Shown: positions 10,865 to 20,907 of the stretch, in pieces
Layout of the letters: each line of letters starts with the position of its first letter
Numbering within the stretch: the first letter of the stretch is position 1
Assembly (NCBI GenBank): GCA_963739455.1
Contig: CAVUAK010000001.1
Coordinates: forward strand, 128,001-192,000
Reading direction: 5' to 3'
DNA length: 64,000 nt
Source of the DNA: an uncultured Gemmatimonadales bacterium
GTDB lineage: Bacteria; Gemmatimonadota; Gemmatimonadetes; Gemmatimonadales; GWC2-71-9
Made by a program: the position numbers and the translations under genes
Notes under the pieces: generated by a model
Database searches by the model: none
What the model was told of the DNA's origin: nothing
The model's input: the letters and a program-made list of their open reading frames with translations, nothing else

Positions 10865-10993
10865 ATGGCCGTGGTCCTGGTTACTGGCTGCAGCGTCGGC
10901 ATCGGCTACGGAACCGCGCTCGACAGGTTCGCCGCGGTGCAGGCCGACTTCGGCATCTATGCCCGGCCCGCGGCCGCTCGACTCCGCGCGTGA
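10865..10993 (+). pseudogene. Internally deleted short-chain dehydrogenase remnant
   Basis: MAVVLVTGCSVGIGYGTAL is an SDR Rossmann start (TGxxxGxG), but the ORF ends after 42 aa. Its stop overlaps the next GTG. Confidence 0.6.
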
Positions 10994-11496
10994 GTGAGCC
11001 GATCCCGATGGCCCAGCGCAAGCTCGACTGGGCGTTCATCGCGTTTTTCATCTTCAACCTGTTCTTCATCACCTACTTCGTCGATGTCGAGCAGGTGCTG
11101 ATACCCGACACTTCGAACTTCACCTATCCCATCTGGCCCCCGAAGGCCGCCGTCGACCTCTTTCACTGGTACGGCCGCACCTACGACCCGCTCCTCGTGG
11201 CCCGTCCACCTTTCTGGCGCGCCACCATCTGGCTCGACGTGCTCCTCTTCGGGCCCTACTACATCGCCGCCATCTACGCCTTCTGGAAGGGGAAGGACTG
11301 GATTCGCCTCCCCACCATCATCTACGCCACCATGCTCTTCACCAACGTGGTGATCATCCTCTTCGAGGAAAAGCTCGGCGCGCACGCCGCGCGGAGCTTC
11401 GCCATGGTCTTCGGCTCCAACCTCGCCTGGCTCGTCTTCCCTGTCCTGCTCATCATCCGCATGTGGCCCAGCGAACACCCCTTTACCCGGTCATAG
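10990..11496 (+). CDS. EXPERA (EBP/TMEM97-like) membrane protein
   Basis: Four hydrophobic segments; WYGRTYDPLL..RPPFWRATIWLDVLLFGPYYIAAIYAF pattern. Confidence 0.75.
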   Translation: MSEPIPMAQRKLDWAFIAFFIFNLFFITYFVDVEQVLIPDTSNFTYPIWPPKAAVDLFHWYGRTYDPLLVARPPFWRATIWLDVLLFGPYYIAAIYAFWKGKDWIRLPTIIYATMLFTNVVIILFEEKLGAHAARSFAMVFGSNLAWLVFPVLLIIRMWPSEHPFTRS

Positions 11497-11554
11497 GCCC
11501 CTGCTTTCTCCTGGCGAGCGCCCGTGGTGGTTCCCTGTTCTGCCCTGCCTTCTC

Positions 11555-12514
11555 ATGGCTTCCGCATGCGCGTGGGTCCCGGTCGACAAACCAGGACTAC
11601 GAGGTTGCGGCGCCGATGGCTCCCCTGTCGGGGAGGGTACACTCGCATTGGCGCCGAGTCGGGTCCTCGGTGTGCGGATTGACTCGGCTACTTGGCGGAC
11701 CAACGCTCATACCGTCGACCTTGGGGCCGAGACAACCTTGGACCTCCGGATCCGGCTGCGGGTGACACAGCGGACCTGGCTCGATAGCATCGCCGCGCTG
11801 TATGAGTTTGAGGACCCTCGCACGGGGCAGGTCAGTTACCGGTTCGACGACAACATCCTGCCGTCGACTCATTTCCTGATGCATCAACTCATTGTCAACG
11901 AGGGAAGCGCATTCTGGGCCGATTGGCGCATGAGGTTGGAGGATGGGTTTGCAACCAGCCGGAAGCTCAACTCCCCATGCCCGCGCACCGTCCGCATCGT
12001 GCCCAGGAATGACCTGCTGCGCTATCTCATGCCAACCGTGCTCTCGCCTTCGAGCGTGGCCATCATGCTGCAGCAACCTGCCGCCCGGATTGATGCTGCC
12101 GGGTCACCGCTGGTTTTTGTCCTGGACACGTTCGTCGTTGCCGAGCCCTTCGGGAACGTCGTGCTTGGCGTGGCAGTCAACACGGCGGACACCGCTCTCG
12201 GGCCCATGGTCGCCGCCTTGGTCATCGATGAAGGTCGGCCAATCGTGCCAGACGGTACAGTTCTCCCTGAGAGCCTGAGAACACGGGACACGCTGGAGTA
12301 TCTCATCGGTCGTGTGGGAGCACGTGACACCGTGGTCTTTGCCGGCAATCGAATGTTGTTCGGGGAGCGGGTTGTCGATCGACTGACGTATCTGGCGTCT
12401 TCCATACGCGACAGGCGCATTGCAGGAGAAGGCGATCGTCATTGGGTGAGCTGGGCACGCTATCGAGCACCCGATCCCGATACGGAAGTGACGATTCCGC
12501 TGCAAGCGGAATAG
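11555..12514 (+). CDS. Hypothetical protein
   Basis: 319-aa ORF filling the gap; no recognised motif; start uncertain. Confidence 0.5.
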   Translation: MASACAWVPVDKPGLRGCGADGSPVGEGTLALAPSRVLGVRIDSATWRTNAHTVDLGAETTLDLRIRLRVTQRTWLDSIAALYEFEDPRTGQVSYRFDDNILPSTHFLMHQLIVNEGSAFWADWRMRLEDGFATSRKLNSPCPRTVRIVPRNDLLRYLMPTVLSPSSVAIMLQQPAARIDAAGSPLVFVLDTFVVAEPFGNVVLGVAVNTADTALGPMVAALVIDEGRPIVPDGTVLPESLRTRDTLEYLIGRVGARDTVVFAGNRMLFGERVVDRLTYLASSIRDRRIAGEGDRHWVSWARYRAPDPDTEVTIPLQAE

Positions 12515-12529
12515 CCCGTTGATGTTCGA

Positions 12530-13735
12530 TCATGATTCCGAAAGCGCGAACGTCTCATCCAGCCAGTCGAGAATGCGAAGGTTCGCCAGCGACCGGTTGC
12601 GCATCTCGCAGTGCTCCCCCGCGCCTTCCGCGCCGGTGAACCGCAAAAGCGTCTTGGGACACTTCAACTGTCCGAGCACCCTCTCCGCACCGTACGACAG
12701 TGGGTCATTCTCGGCGGTCGTCAGGAGCGTAGGACAGCGGATCTCGCCGTAGCGTCCCTCGAGCGTCATCGCCATGGTGGCCGCGATGAAGTCGGGCATG
12801 TTGTTGACCCCGTGCACCCAGAAACCGCGCTGTACAACGGTCCAGTGCATGCGGGCACTGCTGTTGATCGCCTTGTCCCAGAGCCCCGCGGGGACCGACG
12901 CAGGGTCGGCCGCCTGGGCCTCCGTCAGCCCGAACCGCATCAGCAGCTCGCGCGTCATGACGGCGCCAAGCCCCGGGTCGGCAATGCAGGCCGCGAGGCG
13001 CGGTTCCCCGCTCGCACCTCGAAGCGCCAGGTAGCCACCCAGGCTCAGGCCCATCAGCGCGATCCGCTTCGGGTCAACGTTCGAAAGGGTCAACGCAAAG
13101 TCCACCACCGGACGGACCACCGCCTCCCAGTCAGGACGCATCGGCAGGCCCTGCTCGATCAGCAATTCCCCCTGCCCAGGTCCGTCGAACCACAGGCAGT
13201 GATAGCCGCGCTCCGCGATGGCGGGGGCGGCGAAGAAATACAGCTCAGTTACCGTGGAGTCGTAGCCATCGTTGAGGATCACCAGCGGGCGACGCTCCGT
13301 CTCCCGTCCAGTCGCCGGGAGGAAGTACGCCGGCAACGTGGTGCCCTCGTACGGAATCCGCAGCGGCACAACCGGAACCGGCAGGAGCGCGAGCCCCTTG
13401 TTCGCGGTCGCGATCTGCGTGCGAAATGCCTGCACCAGGCGCGGATCCACAGGGAAACCGTACAGCGGATGGTACGAAGTCGCGTAGCAGGCGGCAGCTT
13501 GAAGGTAGAGACGGCTGGCGCTGTCGCGATGACCACGCGCCAGTACGTCGCCGGCTTCCGCCGCCAGGTTGTCACCCGCTGACATCCACGCATTGAAGTA
13601 GGCATTGCCATCGCCATCGCCCACCTGCTTCGCGACGGCGAGAATCACCCCGACATCCACCCCGCCATTCGCAGTGTAGGCGAGTGGCCAGGTGCCGAAC
13701 TCGTCCAGCAGGTCGTCCTTGAAGAACTGTCCCAT
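12530..13735 (-). CDS. Alpha/beta hydrolase (FrsA / 2,6-dihydropseudooxynicotine hydrolase-like)
   Basis: IPYEGTTLPAYF, GYDS, FDGPGQG, nucleophile GLSLGG, GAGEHCE. Confidence 0.85.
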   Translation of the reverse strand: MGQFFKDDLLDEFGTWPLAYTANGGVDVGVILAVAKQVGDGDGNAYFNAWMSAGDNLAAEAGDVLARGHRDSASRLYLQAAACYATSYHPLYGFPVDPRLVQAFRTQIATANKGLALLPVPVVPLRIPYEGTTLPAYFLPATGRETERRPLVILNDGYDSTVTELYFFAAPAIAERGYHCLWFDGPGQGELLIEQGLPMRPDWEAVVRPVVDFALTLSNVDPKRIALMGLSLGGYLALRGASGEPRLAACIADPGLGAVMTRELLMRFGLTEAQAADPASVPAGLWDKAINSSARMHWTVVQRGFWVHGVNNMPDFIAATMAMTLEGRYGEIRCPTLLTTAENDPLSYGAERVLGQLKCPKTLLRFTGAEGAGEHCEMRNRSLANLRILDWLDETFALSES

Positions 13736-13738
13736 GGT

Positions 13739-14890
13739 TTACCCTTCGCTTGAGGGTTTCCAGCCCAGTTGAAACTGCTCGAACCTGTGCAATGCCACTT
13801 CCACCTGCCCTCGAAGCGCGCGTGACTTGGCACCTCCGGCCCAGTTCCACCGCTGCACCAGCAGCTTCTGTCGCTGTCGGTCAGTCTTGAGGTCGAGCCC
13901 GGCAACGATCCGGTCCCCGACCAGCACCGGGCACACGAAATAGCCGAACACCCGCTTCTCCTTCGGGACATAGGCTTCGAACTGATAGTCGTAGTCGAAG
14001 AACAGCCGGAGTCGCTTCCGCTGGATGATCAGCGGGTCGAACGGCGACAGGATGTGAACCAGGTCCTGCGTCAGGTCGGGAAGACTCTCCAGCGTCTCCG
14101 GCCGCATCCAGTGCATCACCTTGCCCGCGCCCTCCCACTGCACCGGGATCAGCTCCTTCCGACGGGCTCGCGACGCAATCAGCCGCGTCATCGCCGGCTT
14201 CCGCGGGGCATCCAGGTGACACGCCGAATCCACGCTCACGATTCCCTGCGATCGGAGCGCACGGTCGAGAAGGTAATTCAGGGTGTCGCTGTCAGTCGCC
14301 GCCCGTGGCAGGCGCGCCAGGCCAAAATGTCGAGTCAGCAGTTCATACGTCTTGAGCATCCCCGACCGCTGGCTCACCGTCACCAGGCCCTTGTAGAACG
14401 CCACCTCCAGGATGCGCTTCGAGGGCTTGCGGCTCCCCCACGCATACTCCTTCTCTGCCACCACGTCCTTGTCGAGGTCGCGAATGGTGACCGCACCGTT
14501 CCTCCGGATCCGCGACACCACTCGGCGCAGGTCAGCGTCTGCCACCTTCTGGAACCACACACCGCGCTCCTCCCAGGCGCGGCGCATCGCACGCACGTAG
14601 AACGGCAGGCTCTTGATCGGCAGGTACGACAGGGCATGCGTCCAGTACTCGAAGACCGTCTTGTCGATGCTCTGTGCCTGGTGCAGGTGCTCGCGGTGAT
14701 ATGAGGGAATGCGCGTGTACAGGACGTGGTGATGGCTGCGCTCGATGACGTGGATGGTGTCGATCTGCAGGTAACCCAGGTGCACCACCGCAGCCGGTGT
14801 GGCCTGCGGGCCGGAGCCGAACGGCTCCACTGCGTCGAGGCGCTGCGCGTGCAGCCAGATCCTGCGCGCCTGGGCCGGGGTGAGTTCCAT
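13739..14890 (-). CDS. YcaQ/AlkZ-like (HTH_42) crosslink-repair DNA glycosylase
   Basis: LQIDTIHVIERSH, FEYWTH, ILSPFDPLI..RKR...FFDYDYQFEAYVPKEKRVFGY. Confidence 0.88.
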   Translation of the reverse strand: MELTPAQARRIWLHAQRLDAVEPFGSGPQATPAAVVHLGYLQIDTIHVIERSHHHVLYTRIPSYHREHLHQAQSIDKTVFEYWTHALSYLPIKSLPFYVRAMRRAWEERGVWFQKVADADLRRVVSRIRRNGAVTIRDLDKDVVAEKEYAWGSRKPSKRILEVAFYKGLVTVSQRSGMLKTYELLTRHFGLARLPRAATDSDTLNYLLDRALRSQGIVSVDSACHLDAPRKPAMTRLIASRARRKELIPVQWEGAGKVMHWMRPETLESLPDLTQDLVHILSPFDPLIIQRKRLRLFFDYDYQFEAYVPKEKRVFGYFVCPVLVGDRIVAGLDLKTDRQRQKLLVQRWNWAGGAKSRALRGQVEVALHRFEQFQLGWKPSSEG

Positions 14891-14909
14891 GGTGTAAGAT
14901 TACCACCTC

Positions 14910-15920
14910 ATGCCTGGCCATCGGAGACTCTTGACGCGATCTCGTGTCGCTGCACTGTTGACATGTGCTCTTCTGGCCGGTCGATCACTTCCCGCGCAGG
15001 TCCTGCAGGTTGGCGACCTGAACAGCCGGCAGATCCTCGCACTCGACCGTGCGCGCACCGTTGTCATTCTTCAGGGCGGCATGCTCGAGGAACACGGCCC
15101 GTACCTGCCGGCCTTCACCGACGGTATCCTCAGCGCTCGCCTCACCACCGAACTCGCCGAGGGCATCGCGAAGGGTCGCCCCGGCTGGACCGTGCTCGTC
15201 TTTCCGCCGGTATCAGTCGGCGCCAGCGGCTCCAATGAGATCGGGCGACAGTACTCCTTTCCCGGCACCTACGCCGTGCGCCCCTCGACGTTGCGCGCGA
15301 CCTATGTCGACCTCGCCAACGAACTTGGCGAACAGGGCTTCCGCTGGATATTCATCGTGAATGTTCACGGCTCGCCCCTCCACATCGGCGCCCTCGATGA
15401 TGCCGGCGATTTCTTCCACGACACATACGGCGGGACGATGGTCAACCTCTGGGGACTGCTGAAGGTGCTCGGCGGCTGGGGAGGTGCCATGAGCGTCATG
15501 ACCCCGGCGGAGAAAACCGCCGATGGACTCTCCCTGCACGCAGGCATGGATGAACACAGCCTCATGCTGTACCTGCGCCCTGACCTCGTCTCGCCCGACT
15601 ACAAGAGCGCACCATCGGTGGCCGGCGCGAACTACGCCGAAGCCTTTGCCGTCGCTCAGCAGCCGGGATGGCCTGGCTATCTCGGCGCACCGAGCCTGGC
15701 GACGGCGGCTTTCGGTGAACGCATCTGGAAGGCGTTTGCCGCCGCAACGGTGCAGACCGCGGTCGAGATCCTGGACGGCAAGGACCCCGGCAGCTATCCC
15801 CGGTACCTCACCTATCTCAAGAAGCTGCCGCAATACCGCGCGTGGATCGACTCCAGCACGGCGCGGGACTCGGTCGCCGGGGCTCGCCTGGCCGAATCGC
15901 TCGCCCGCCGGGCACAGTGA
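14910..15920 (+). CDS. Creatininase family amidohydrolase, probably exported
   Basis: GMLEEHGPYLPAFTD, VNVHGS, HAGMDE; N-terminal signal-like sequence. Confidence 0.85.
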   Translation: MPGHRRLLTRSRVAALLTCALLAGRSLPAQVLQVGDLNSRQILALDRARTVVILQGGMLEEHGPYLPAFTDGILSARLTTELAEGIAKGRPGWTVLVFPPVSVGASGSNEIGRQYSFPGTYAVRPSTLRATYVDLANELGEQGFRWIFIVNVHGSPLHIGALDDAGDFFHDTYGGTMVNLWGLLKVLGGWGGAMSVMTPAEKTADGLSLHAGMDEHSLMLYLRPDLVSPDYKSAPSVAGANYAEAFAVAQQPGWPGYLGAPSLATAAFGERIWKAFAAATVQTAVEILDGKDPGSYPRYLTYLKKLPQYRAWIDSSTARDSVAGARLAESLARRAQ

Positions 15921-16714
15921 CCTTCTCGCGCAGGTACGGTTCGTGGGCCATCGTGGCCGGTGCCTCCGAGGGCATCGGCGCTGCCTTCGCCCACGCACTC
16001 GCGGCGAGGGGCCTCAACCTCGTCATCGTCGCGCGACGCGCACCGCCACTCGTCGCCCTCGCCGACGACCTCGAGACCCGCTACAAGGTCTCCGTCCAGC
16101 CTCTCGCGCTCGACCTCGCCGAGCCGGAGAGCATCGCGGAACTCCTCAGCGTCACCAGCGATCGGGAAATCGGACTCCTCGTCTGGAACGCCGCCCTCTC
16201 CGTCATGGGACCCTTCCTCGAACAGTCCCTCGAAGCCCATCTCATGGAGCTCGAGGTCAACGTCCGCTCCCCAATGACGGTCGTGCACGCGCTCGCGGGC
16301 AAGATGGTCGCGCGCAAGCGCGGCGGCGTCATCCTGCTCTCCTCGCTGAGTGGCATGCAGGGCACCGCCCTCGTTGCCAACTATGCGGCAACCAAGGCCT
16401 GGAATCGTGTGCTGGCGGAGGGACTCTGGTGGGAACTGGGAAAGAGCGGCGTGGACGTGCTCGCCTGCGTGGCCGGCGCCACCGACACCCCGGGCTATCG
16501 TGGCAGCGCGCCCCGGCCGGGATCAGATGGCAACGTGCCGGTGCAGTCACCCGATGCGGTGGCCGCTGAAGCCCTCGCCGCGCTGGGAAAGCGACCGAGC
16601 ATCATCACCGGCCGGAAGAATCGGCTTGCGGCGGCATTCCTGTCGCGCCTGCTGCCCCGGCGCGCCGCCGTGAAGCTCATGGGCCGCACCATGGATCGCA
16701 TGTACGGTGACTAG
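15917..16714 (+). CDS. Short-chain dehydrogenase/reductase
   Basis: AGASEGIG, NAA, YAATK; GTG overlaps the upstream TGA. Confidence 0.9.
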   Translation: MTFSRRYGSWAIVAGASEGIGAAFAHALAARGLNLVIVARRAPPLVALADDLETRYKVSVQPLALDLAEPESIAELLSVTSDREIGLLVWNAALSVMGPFLEQSLEAHLMELEVNVRSPMTVVHALAGKMVARKRGGVILLSSLSGMQGTALVANYAATKAWNRVLAEGLWWELGKSGVDVLACVAGATDTPGYRGSAPRPGSDGNVPVQSPDAVAAEALAALGKRPSIITGRKNRLAAAFLSRLLPRRAAVKLMGRTMDRMYGD

Positions 16715-16745
16715 GAAGCGCTAACCTCTACCGGGGAACTCAGTC

Positions 16746-17156
16746 ATGACCCACGGACATTGGCCCGTGATTCTGGGAGCGGCACTCGCCGCCTGGCTCA
16801 TCGGCGCCCTATGGTACTCGCCACTCCTCTTCGCCAGGGCCTGGGTCAAGGCACACGGTCACACCCCGGAAAAGCTGGCTGCGATGCGGGCGAACGCGGG
16901 TAAGGCCTACGCTGGATCCCTCCTCGCCTTCGTGCTGATCGCCTATGTGCTCCATCTCTTCCTGCATCGTCTGGGCGTGACCACCGCCGGTGGCGGCGTC
17001 GTATGGGGCTTCCATGCCTGGCTCGGCTTCGCGCTCCCCATCGGCTTCACCGCGAACCTCTACTCCGACAAGCCCGTCGCCACCTTCATCATCGACGCCG
17101 GATACCAGCTCGTCTATCTCGTCGTCATGGGTGCGATCCTGGGCCGCTGGGCATAG
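16746..17156 (+). CDS. DUF1761 family membrane protein
   Basis: GALWYSPLLFARAW...AWLGF...IDAGYQLV pattern. Confidence 0.85.
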   Translation: MTHGHWPVILGAALAAWLIGALWYSPLLFARAWVKAHGHTPEKLAAMRANAGKAYAGSLLAFVLIAYVLHLFLHRLGVTTAGGGVVWGFHAWLGFALPIGFTANLYSDKPVATFIIDAGYQLVYLVVMGAILGRWA

Positions 17157-17802
17157 CGGCGACCGGGATCTCCTGCTCGCGCTTCCACGCGATGAAGGAG
17201 TACACCACCGAACCTAGCGCCGCGACCATCGCCGCCCCGAACGCAACGTAGAACGTCCACGCCGAGTTCAGGACGGCCGCGACCAGGAAGCACAGCCCGG
17301 CGAGCACGAACGCCACCCCGCCGAACCGGTGCGTCTTCCGCCACACCGTGTCACTGCTCAGCGTCCATGGTGTCCGGATTCCCATGAACCAGTTCGGTCG
17401 GACACGGCTCATCAGGTTCCCGATCACCAGGAACAGTCCGCCGATCCCGATGGACACCACCCGGCTCATGTTGATGTTCCATCCCAGTGCCTTGCCCAGC
17501 ACCAGAACGTGGACGCCGAGCAGCAAGAGCAGCGCCGAGTTCGCGACTGTCCAGTAGGTCGCGTTGAACAGGCTGTAGTTGGCCCGCCGCGGGTCGACCT
17601 TCGGCAGCAGCAGGAAGCTGCCGATCAGCAGCAGCGCGATTGCGGGCATGAGCAGCACCGCCACGAGGCGCGATGACCAGCCGTTCGGTTCACCCTGGAT
17701 ATCGAAATGCGTGGCCACCTCGGCCGGCAGGTGCGGATACGCCCAGAGTGAGAACGCCGTGGCCGCGGTGAGCACCAGCAGCGCAGGAATCAGCTTACGC
17801 AT
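17125..17802 (-). CDS. sdpI: SdpI family immunity protein (DUF1648 + SdpI)
   Basis: LPAEVATHFDIQGEPNGW, PNWFMGIRTPWTLSSDTVWRKTHRFGG. Confidence 0.85.
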   Translation of the reverse strand: MRKLIPALLVLTAATAFSLWAYPHLPAEVATHFDIQGEPNGWSSRLVAVLLMPAIALLLIGSFLLLPKVDPRRANYSLFNATYWTVANSALLLLLGVHVLVLGKALGWNINMSRVVSIGIGGLFLVIGNLMSRVRPNWFMGIRTPWTLSSDTVWRKTHRFGGVAFVLAGLCFLVAAVLNSAWTFYVAFGAAMVAALGSVVYSFIAWKREQEIPVAAMPSGPGSHP

Positions 17803-18088
17803 TCTTTCCCTCCTTTTTCGACCGTCCACTCTTCCGCTGCCCCAGGTCCATCAGCTGCTGCACCACCTCCTGGAACACTGTCGTATTCAGCGAGTACCGG
17901 ATGAACTGCCCCTCCCGGATTGCCAGAACCAGCCCCGCTTCCTTCAGCGCCGCGAGATGGTGCGAAACCGACGCCCACGCAATCGGGAACTCCGCCGCAA
18001 TCTCGCCGGCCATGAGGTCCTGGTCCCGCAGCAGGGCCAGGATCTTTCGCCTGGTGGGGTCGGCGAGCGCCTTGTAGGTCTTGTCCAT
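17795..18088 (-). CDS. sdpR: ArsR family repressor, SdpR-like
   Basis: YKALADPTRRKILALL..DLMAGEIA..SVSHHL..REGQFIRYSLNTTVFQE; directly upstream of sdpI. Confidence 0.85.
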   Translation of the reverse strand: MDKTYKALADPTRRKILALLRDQDLMAGEIAAEFPIAWASVSHHLAALKEAGLVLAIREGQFIRYSLNTTVFQEVVQQLMDLGQRKSGRSKKEGKNA

Positions 18089-18092
18089 GCCC

Positions 18093-18116
18093 TAAGATAC
18101 TAAGACAAGTATCTAA
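18093..18116. promoter_or_regulatory. Probable autoregulatory operator of the sdpR-like gene
   Basis: AT-rich inverted repeat AGATACT-n6-AGTATCT immediately before the start codon. Confidence 0.6.
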
Positions 18117-18181
18117 ATACCATCCTGCCAGCGGCCGCCCACCCCACCTCCCGGCAGGCCCATTCGAGGCTAGGCTTAGGC

Positions 18182-18706
18182 ATGAGACCGATCGCGAAAG
18201 TGGGCCTCGTCACCGGCGGCTACATCGTCGCCTTTCTCCTCGCATCGGCAGCTGTTGCCGCCAGGATCGCGACCACCAGCGGCCCCGTCGCCCAGGCATC
18301 GAGCGGCATGTACGCCTTCGGCGACGCCGTCCTCTTCGTCGCCATCTTCGGTGCCTGCGCCCTCGTGCCCACCGGCGCCGCCCTCATTTTCCTCCGCCCC
18401 TACCCTCGCTTCTGGACCGTGCTTGCGACGCTGGGCCTCGTCGTGGCGCTCACCGGTGTCGCCGCAGCGGTGCTCTTCGCCGCCGGCCACGACGCCGCGC
18501 CGTCGCGCCTCGCCACTTCGGCCCAGTTCTCGGTATTGAGGATCCTCGTTGCGCCGGTCCTCGCATTCACTTTTCTCGTCTGCACCGTCCTCTCGCCCTA
18601 TCGTCCCCAGCGGCTCGCCCTGTTCGCGGCGACGCTCATGGAGGCCGCGATAAGCGCGTACGGCATGTGGACCTGGTTCGTTCCCATGCTGCTCCACAGG
18701 TCCTAG
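18182..18706 (+). CDS. Hypothetical membrane protein
   Basis: 174 aa with about five hydrophobic helices. Confidence 0.65.
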   Translation: MRPIAKVGLVTGGYIVAFLLASAAVAARIATTSGPVAQASSGMYAFGDAVLFVAIFGACALVPTGAALIFLRPYPRFWTVLATLGLVVALTGVAAAVLFAAGHDAAPSRLATSAQFSVLRILVAPVLAFTFLVCTVLSPYRPQRLALFAATLMEAAISAYGMWTWFVPMLLHRS

Positions 18707-18709
18707 ACG

Positions 18710-19276
18710 GTGCCCATCGCCTCCCGTACCCAGTACTACACGGCTGCCACGCTCGACGGCTTCATCGCCGACGAGCACCATTCGCTCGACTGGCTCTTTC
18801 AGGTCGCCGAGCCCGGCAACGCAGATTATCCCGCGTTCATCAGCAAGGTGGGCGCGCTGGCGATGGGCGCGTCGACCTATGAATGGGTGCTCGCACACCT
18901 GAAGCAGTCGGGCGAACCGTGGCCCTATGAGCAGCCCTCGTGGGTCTTCAGCCATCACCCTCACCCGCCCGTGCCCGGTGCCGACGTCCGCTTCGTGCAG
19001 GGAGACGTCGCACCGGTGCACCGCGACATGCTGGCCACGGCCGGCGACCGGAATATCTGGGTCGTGGGTGGTGGAGACCTGGTGGGACAGTTCTTCGACG
19101 CAGGATTGCTCGACGAGATCATCGTCACCATCGCGTCGGTCACACTCGGTGCCGGCAAGCCCCTGCTGCCGCGCAGGATCCTCAGCTCATCACTCAGCCT
19201 GGCGTCCGCTGAGCGGCTCAACAGCGGCTTTGCGCAGCTCCGCTACAACGTCTCACCCGCAACGGCCAGAGCATGA
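18710..19276 (+). CDS. Dihydrofolate reductase-like (RibD C-terminal) protein
   Basis: [37 protein letters not shown]. Confidence 0.9.
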   Translation: MPIASRTQYYTAATLDGFIADEHHSLDWLFQVAEPGNADYPAFISKVGALAMGASTYEWVLAHLKQSGEPWPYEQPSWVFSHHPHPPVPGADVRFVQGDVAPVHRDMLATAGDRNIWVVGGGDLVGQFFDAGLLDEIIVTIASVTLGAGKPLLPRRILSSSLSLASAERLNSGFAQLRYNVSPATARA

Positions 19277-20269
19277 CGCCACTCTCGATTCTCGAACTCA
19301 CCCGCGTTGCTGAGGGCCGCTCCACGAGGGAGGCCCTTGATCACGCCCGCGATCTCGCGGCCCACGCCGAGGCCCTGGGCTATCGCCGCATCTGGATCGC
19401 CGAGCACCACAACTTCCCTGGTATCGCGAGCGCCGCGACGTTCCTCGTCATCGCGCACATTGCCGCCGGCACCCAGCGCATCCGCGTCGGCGCGGGCGGC
19501 ATCATGCTTCCCAATCACTCTCCCTACGTCATCGCCGAGCAGTTCGGGACCCTCGCACACCTCTTTCCCGGTCGCATCGACCTCGGACTCGGCCGAGCAC
19601 CCGGCACCGACGGTGTCACCCTCGGCGCACTGCGCCGCGCGCCCGCAGCGGCAGACACCTTTCCTGACGACGTCCGCGAGCTTCAGGGGTACCTGGCACC
19701 AGTGCAGCCCGGGCAACGCGTGCAGGCCGTGCCCGCCGCGGGGACCATGGTGCCCCTCTGGATTCTCGGGTCCAGCCTGTTCGGTGCCGCACTCGCCGCC
19801 GACCTTGGCCTTCCCTATGCCTTCGCATCGCACTTCGCCCCCGACCAGCTCTTGCCGGCGCTCGATCTCTATCGCCAGCGCTTCAAGCCATCAGCTGCAG
19901 CTCGAGCGGCCCTGCGCCATGGTCGGCGTGAACGTCATTGCCGCCGATACTGACGACGAGGCCAGGCGCCTGCACACATCGCAACAGGTGTCCTTCGTGC
20001 AGATCGTCCGGAATCGCAGGGGCCTGTTCCAGCCACCCATCGATGACATCGAGCAGTTCTGGTCACCCATGGAGAAGCTGCAGGCCACGCACATGCTGGC
20101 CCGTTCGGTTGTGGGCACACCGGACACCGTCCGCGCTGGCCTCGATGCGCTGGTAGCCGAGACTGGCGCAGATGAACTTATGATCGTATCTGACGTGTAC
20201 GACCACGCGGCGCGCCTGCGCTCCCTCGAGCACATCGCCGCGACCATGAGCGCGCCGGTGACCACATGA
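19273..20269 (+). CDS. Luciferase-like (LLM class) flavin oxidoreductase; frameshift near 19895
   Basis: [31 protein letters not shown]-terminal half continues in the next frame (TGADELM). Confidence 0.88.
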
Positions 20270-20338
20270 TGCCGAACAGGCGGGGGAAGGGTATTCATTC
20301 GTCAGGCAGGCCGACCACACTCAGTGCAAGAGGGAAAC

Positions 20339-20818
20339 ATGCCGACCGCAGCCCCGATCACCCGCAAGGACCTCATCGCCGCCCTCAACCAGGACCTCGA
20401 GCGTGAGTACCAGGCCGTCATCGCGTACGTCGTCTACTCCCAGGTCCTCAAGGGCGCGCAATACATGAACATCGCGGGAGAACTCGAGAAGCACGCCCAC
20501 GAGGAACTCCAGCACGCCATTACCCTCGCCTACCAGATCGACTATCTCGGCGGCATGCCCGCTACGGTGCCGAAGCCGGTGCGCACGTCGAACAAGGCTA
20601 CGGACATGCTCAAGTTCGACCTCCAGGCCGAGGTCGACACCATTCGCAACTATCGTGAGCGGGTTCGTCAGTGTGAGGCACTGGGTGAGTACGCCATGGC
20701 CGAGCAGATTCGTGAAATCCTGGTCCAGGAGCAGGATCACTTGATCGCGCTGGCGACGGCGCTCGGTATCGACGCACCCGATCCCGGCAAGCCGGTGAAG
20801 GCGTCAAAGAGGAAGTAG
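20339..20818 (+). CDS. Ferritin-like / bacterioferritin family protein
   Basis: LNQDLEREYQA..Y, EELQHA, EQDH di-iron motifs. Confidence 0.85.
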   Translation: MPTAAPITRKDLIAALNQDLEREYQAVIAYVVYSQVLKGAQYMNIAGELEKHAHEELQHAITLAYQIDYLGGMPATVPKPVRTSNKATDMLKFDLQAEVDTIRNYRERVRQCEALGEYAMAEQIREILVQEQDHLIALATALGIDAPDPGKPVKASKRK

Positions 20819-20827
20819 GCTGGTGAA

Positions 20828-20856
20828 TGAAAACCGGGAGGCAGCGGGCCTCCCGG
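20828..20856 (-). terminator. Intrinsic terminator between convergent genes
   Basis: 9-bp stem ccgggaggc/gcctcccgg followed by TTTT on the minus strand. Confidence 0.6.
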
Positions 20857-20882
20857 AACGGATCGTAGGCTGTGGCTCCTCA

Positions 20883-20907
20883 CCCCTAACCCCTAACCCC
20901 TAACCCT
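20883..20907. repeat. CCCTAAC heptamer tandem repeat
   Basis: cccctaacccctaacccctaaccct, overlapping the stop of the GAF regulator. Confidence 0.8.

Noticed and set aside
20883..20907. Telomere-like CCCTAA repeat
   Set aside because: The unit is the 7-mer CCCTAAC, about three copies, inside a bacterial gene end. It belongs to the local heptamer family.
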